Shown: one piece after another, positions 58,501 to 64,000 of the stretch
Position numbering within the stretch: the stretch's first letter is position 1
Layout of the letters: each line of letters begins with the position of its first letter
Virus record (IMG/VR): IMGVR_UViG_3300021254_000027
Location: 1-64,000 of that record
From: a virus
Taxonomy: Duplodnaviria; Caudoviricetes
Strand: one strand, 5' to 3'
Length of the DNA: 64,000 bases
The notes under the pieces: generated by a model
Seen by the model: only the letters and a program-made list of their open reading frames with translations
Databases searched by the model: none
Told to the model about the DNA's origin: nothing
Made by a program: the position numbers and the translations under genes

Positions 58501-61500
58501 TACTAAAAATCTAATTACTTATTCCCGGATCACCTAGATATATTATACCAGAAGAATTTTTCTATGTCAAGCCAAAATCTCCAATATGCCAAGGTGAAGT
58601 TGAACCAATTGTGCCTGCGCGAGCAGTTAAATATCCTTGCCAATTAACGCTAAATAAAGGTTTAGTATTCGGTGAATATCCAGCAAAAATAGCATATTTA
58701 TTAGCATCATTCAAAATAACTTCATTAATTCGTTTATCTTTTATCTAATCTAAAGAATTAGCAAGATCATCATATAAACTATTACAATCTTTTATATCTT
58801 GATTATATTTAGCATCTAATTGCTTTTTCTTTACATAATACTCATCATAATTACTATTTTCTTTTAACCAAAGAGCACCTGCGGCAAGCATTTCATCATA
58901 CTGTCTGGTATAACCATCTAAATGATAATTATAATACGCTCGTGCCCATTGAGAAAAATCTGTTAACCAAGCAACAGACAAACACTCATCATGACTAGTA
59001 TCTAAAACGGTATGCAGATATGAAGGAGCTCCAAAAGCTTGCCACTATGCCATCCAAGTTTCATTAGAATCTTTCCCGCCATCTGACGAACCATAATATG
59101 TATTAGCAATATAAGTACATTCTTCGCTAAATAAAAATGGCTGTGTATTAAATGATTCAATACGCATTCCCTTTCCAGAAGTATTATATTCTTGATGTAC
59201 ATGAAGTGTTGTTTTATCAGCGCTCTAAACATCTACGTAATAATAAATCCGCGTGCTATTATCATTGCCATAAGAATCTGACCATAAAGCATTAATTACA
59301 TAACGACAAGCAGTTTGAGCACCGCCTATATATGCGAGACTAGGCTACCCATTTCGCCAATGAAAATGCGTACCAGTTCGCTCTTCTTTTGAGAAATACT
59401 CAATTAATAAAGATTCTAATAATTCTTTAGATACCATATCTCCATCAGTTTTAGATATCGCTTCATTAATAGCTAAAGATACGTTATCTGCCCAAGCAGC
59501 TTGCATATAATAATGTTCAGGATCATACTAAAAAATATGCGTATAATATGATCCTATAAGATTACGTAATTTTTGTAAATAATTTAAATATAAAAGGGTT
59601 AAATCCCGTTCACGTTCTCTATCTAATATGCTTTTTTTAATATTAATTTCTGTATTTAACTATGTTAATTCACTTAGATCATTTGTAGAATACCCTAAAT
59701 ACATGTAACGACTATCTAATAAAGTATCACCAGTATGTTTTTGATATAATCCTTGATTGCTAATCATCCAATTACCAATTTTACCATATCGAGCAATAAT
59801 TCCACCAGAAGTCAATACTCCATTATTGGGGTCAACAATAAAATAATCTTTGGTTTCATCATTTAAAAATTTATTTGCCCAAGCTGTTGATAACTCTAAA
59901 CTATCTACTCCCTCTAATGGAGCCTAAGAGCTTTTTTTAGCTTCTGCATATAAAAAATATTGTGAATAGCCTAAATGATTTGTTAAATCAATAGAACCAT
60001 CAGAAGAAATATTATATGTAATTGGATCTAAATTAATATACGCGGTTTTATCAACATTACTAATTAATGATTGATTACCATTAAATACAATTTGTCCCCG
60101 TCCAGATTTACCAATAAATCCAGTGCCATTTGTACGGAATCCAAATACTTGTCCGCCTTTTTCTAATCCATATATTCCAGGAATATCAAGAGATGCATCA
60201 CCATAATCAGACCAGTTACCCATAACTACGCCAGTAAAAGCATTATTATTATCTTTCGCTCCGGCGCTAATCATTTGCGCAAGAACCGCATTTTGAGCCT
60301 CATCTATAGTTAATTTACCATCCCAAGAATTAAGTAATGATGAACTATAAAGATTGCGGCTAAATGGTATAGCCTATTTAAATGTAACACCATTTTCTGT
60401 CCATTTCAAAATGGTATAATAATATTTCATATTATCGTCCCAATACCAAGGACTATCATTAGTAGTATTGTGCTTATATGGATCTAATGAATATTCAATA
60501 TGTCCAGGCAAATAATTTGCTGCCGCTTTACTTAAATCAATAAAACGAGAATCTCTTAAGTTCGCTGCAGCAGCTCTAATACTATCTAAATCACCGACTA
60601 TATCTTGCTCTAAAATATTAGCAATAGTAGCGTTATATTCATTTTGAATCATTTGTTCTAATTCTACATAGGTAGAAGAACTGCTTCCAGAAAATGGGTT
60701 TTTATTAAAAATCCAAGTTTCACTTCCATCTTCTGCGGCTTCTTTTGCATAATAAAGTAAATAATTATTATTCGTTGTAATCGCTTGTGAAAAGATTGGA
60801 GTTTCTTTTAAAGCTAAATAATCTGGCGTGGTTAATTGATTCCACGTACCAGCATTGTTTTTATACTAAATTAACTCCCAAGTTGGATATACATCTACAA
60901 AATTTTGTCCAACAGTTTGAGTTACTGAAAAAGTACCAATATTACTTAACGGCACTGATCCATCTGATTTAAACTCTACACGATTTGGACAGCTAACACT
61001 ATATTCCGCCGCTGCATCCGCGTCTGAGATTATTTTAAATCCTGCGACATTAGATAATATATAATCTGCTGCGCCTAAAACAGTTACCTTAAAAACTGGC
61101 GGCATATCATTGCGTAAATAACCAGTGATTTTATTACCAATAAAGAACGATCCATTTCCAATTGTCCAATTCTATTTATTATTACCTTCTTCATCTTGGA
61201 GTTCTTCTTCAGCGCTCTCAGTAATAATAGTTGGAGAAAGACATTCCCAAGAAAAAATATATTTACTGTTCTAAGATTCTTCCGCAGTTTTTCCTTTTTC
61301 TACAACATTCGCTACAATAGAAAATTTTTGATTCTAAACTAAAAATTCTCCTTCTGGTGCGAGTTGAGCAAATACAATAGTATATTGACTACCCATACTA
61401 CCAGCTTGTCCAAAATGTAACTCAATTTGTGGATGATAAGTTTTACCTTTACGAGTTACAATCGCACCAATTGTATTATTTAAATAAGCTAAATCTAAAT

Positions 61501-64000
61501 AGCTTTTAATCTTAAATTTACGAGTAATCGCACGAATACGATCATTATATAGAGAACTAGCTCCTTCTAAAATAGGCGCTAATACGCTATTTGATAATTC
61601 GGCATCGGTAGGGACTGCCCACTAATCAATCATACTTAATGATGTAGGTGGTTGCCAATTAACTTCTACTCCATTATCATCTGGATCATAAGTCATTGGA
61701 GAATAATTGCCAGTATCATTATTACGAATCCAAACCTACACATAATACCAATAATCATTATATCTTACATTGTCTTTATCTTTAAGAACATAATTATTTT
61801 CATCATAAACATAAAAATCTCGTAAGCTATTATCTTCTACTATATTAGTAATACCATTTTCATCAGTTTGTGCCCGCAATAATCTAAATGTAATTTCATT
61901 TAAACTATCAAGACTGCTAGTTTCAATAGAAGAATCTACATTAGTAAAAATAAGAGGCTCGGTTTCATATGGCACATCATTTACAGTTACTATTGCTTTC
62001 CATTGTTCGCGTGCGCGAGAAGCATTAGGAGTTACTCTATAAGTATCAAAATCTTCTCCAGTAGTAGACTCTAAATATTTCCAATTTAATCCGCCTTGTC
62101 TCTCAGCTAAGACGCTAGTATCTTGCAAACATCCATACTCATAATGATACCATTGAAGCTTAGCTCCTACAGCATCTTCCCAATATTCAAAAGAAGATAA
62201 ATCGTTATCATTTTTCTTTGCATAATGAGTAATTAAAATTGCTCCAGCATCAGTTAAATGTACCCAAGCAAATTTTAAAGTTTTTTCAGTTAATAACCAT
62301 TCATATCCAGGCTGTTCCGCATATTTATTTGTTATTTCTTTTATTTTTGCACTTTTTTCTACTGTATTTAAAGTCGAATCATTCTAAATGCTTAATATAG
62401 CTTCTTGATAAGTGCTATATTCTTGGGTATAAGTCAAAGCATCTGTACCGTATTTAATATCATCATAAGTATATAAAAATACTCGATCAGTAGTGCATTC
62501 ATCTGTTGTTAATCCCAATAGTGCAGATAAATTACTTACTTGAATATTAGATGGAATATTTTCATAAGGTATTTTCTATCCATAGACGTCCCAAAAATCA
62601 TGGTCTTGCCAAAAGAAAACTCTAATTGATTCAAGAGTAAGCATATTAGAAATATCAAAAATCTTCTATTGAATTGTAGGCTCATAAAATCCATAAGTAT
62701 TACCATACATATCTTCATTAGTAAAATAAAGAGTCTGAATTGTAGATACAGATTTTTCTTCTTCAGTTGGACGAGTTTTCCCTTTTAACTCAATACGTAA
62801 TCCATATCTTCCTCGCGCAGGACGATATTTTGACAATAAGGTTTTAAAATTTGCCGAAATCCCTAATTTAGTTTCAGCTAATGGGATAGTAGGATTTTCA
62901 TTATCCCACTTCCATAAAAAATTTTTATTGTCTACATCTAAACTAGTCGCCTCATAATAATCATTGATTGATTGATTATATGCGGCGACAGTAGAAGAAT
63001 ATGCTTTGTTAATTGGATCAGTATATTTATCATATACAGATTGTTCATAAGTTTTTAATAAATTATATTCTTCTTCAGTCCAATAATAATCAGTATCAAT
63101 ATGAGCATCTTCTAAATACTAATCAAACATATTTTCAAATTCGATGCTCGTCGTATCTGCATTATTTAAAACTTGCCCCAAAGCATTTGTGTATAAAAAG
63201 TCTATTAAAGAAGTAAAAGCCTTTTCATAATTTGTTGGTTCTGATTCTGTGCCATCAAGAGAATTGTACTATAACTAAAGTTCATTAATTCTTTTATTAT
63301 GCTATTCAATCAATTGATCTATCTGAGCCTTACGTTCTTCAGTCGTTAAAGATGTATCTTGAGCAATATCCTATAAAGAATTACGATATTGTTTTTCGGC
63401 ATCTAAAATATTTTCTTCTAACTCTTTAACTTTTGCTACAGTTAAATACATTGCACTCTACTCAGGGCTATAAAAGTTTTTTGTCGTCCAAGAAGTAGTC
63501 ACATCATTTAAATGAGAAGATGCAATGTAAACTCCTCCATATCGATTATAATGAGATTCAATTGAACCCTATAGTCTTTGATGATATCTATTATACACAC
63601 TTAAAATATTCTAATATGTTGAAATTAATGAATCATCATATAGATTTTTTAAAGAATCTAACTAATTTATATAATCTTGTTCATTTTCAGTCTTACATCC
63701 ATGTTCTGGTTTATTGGCCAAATAACCTTTTGATGTAAAAGTCGAATCGTGTGTTAAATCTTCTAAGCCGACAAATCTATCAAAAGGCATTTTGAAATTA
63801 AAATTGTAAGTTGCTGCTTCGGTGCCAGCATCTACTTTTCTGCCAATTATATATTTTTGTTTAGTAAAATCTCCCATTGGAACCATTACGTAAACGACTT
63901 CGTTTTCATAATAAGTTGCAGTATCTTGAGTATACGCATCAAATTTACCATTTTCATACTCTACTTTATAAATACCTTCACTCTTCCGAGCAGTAGAAAT
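55586..64000 (-). CDS. Giant tail tip/central fibre protein, start outside the window (>2804 aa, many TAG)
   Basis: Nine track fragments (63662, 61736, 60866, 60374, 59924, 58745, 58160, 56747, 55586) share one frame. Spot checks of the gaps found only TAG. AG.KD.NN.FTGVVMG...GFIGKSG.GQI motif; Gly-rich C-terminus. Confidence 0.8.

Larger units (their letters stand above)
1..64000. other. Segment of a large tailed (Caudoviricetes) phage genome using TAG=Gln (translation table 15)
   Basis: Dense phage-type replication module converging on a tail/baseplate module. Standard-code fragments end at TAG and continue in frame. Every reconstructed gene ends in TAA or TGA. Confidence 0.93.

Noticed and set aside
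14692-64000. Reading the fragmented - strand ORFs as pseudogenes or a decayed prophage
   Set aside because: The interruptions are TAG only, with no frameshifts or internal TAA/TGA seen, and RBSs and gene abutments are intact.
13756-64000. TAG as pyrrolysine or leaky read-through
   Set aside because: TAG aligns with Gln in paralogues and motifs. Many TAGs per essential gene cannot be explained by leakiness, and no pyl genes are seen.

Overview
64 kb of a large, AT-rich tailed phage genome. The host is probably an anaerobic Bacillota bacterium (inferred from sigmaA TGnTATAAT promoters, GGAGG RBSs, NrdDG and an LL-H-type holin). Two convergent arms meet at a bidirectional terminator near 14,670. 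The + arm (1-14,647) is a replication/nucleotide module: DnaB-like tail, DnaG, RecJ, RecD2/Dda-like helicase, DnaE, Gmk, NrdD/G, dUTPase, a RuvC-like resolvase and a holin. The - arm (14,692-64,000) is a tail/baseplate/adhesin module that looks shredded in the supplied standard-code ORF track. The fragments I checked end in TAG and continue in the same frame, and reading TAG as Gln (genetic code 15) rebuilds about 22 contiguous genes with RBSs and TAA/TGA stops. TAG aligns with Gln in internal paralogues and in conserved motifs. TAG use is partitioned: none in about 4,400 codons of replication genes, frequent in virion genes, and six copies in the RuvC-like gene inside the early operon. Recoding also reveals a 2,414-aa protein joining a LamG-like region, an apparently intact CotH-type kinase domain and BspA-type LRRs, and a >2,800-aa tail protein. 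Separately, a candidate 38-bp late-promoter motif recurs on the - arm. No suppressor tRNA, endolysin, CRISPR array or mobile element was seen. All calls are by eye; no database searches were run.
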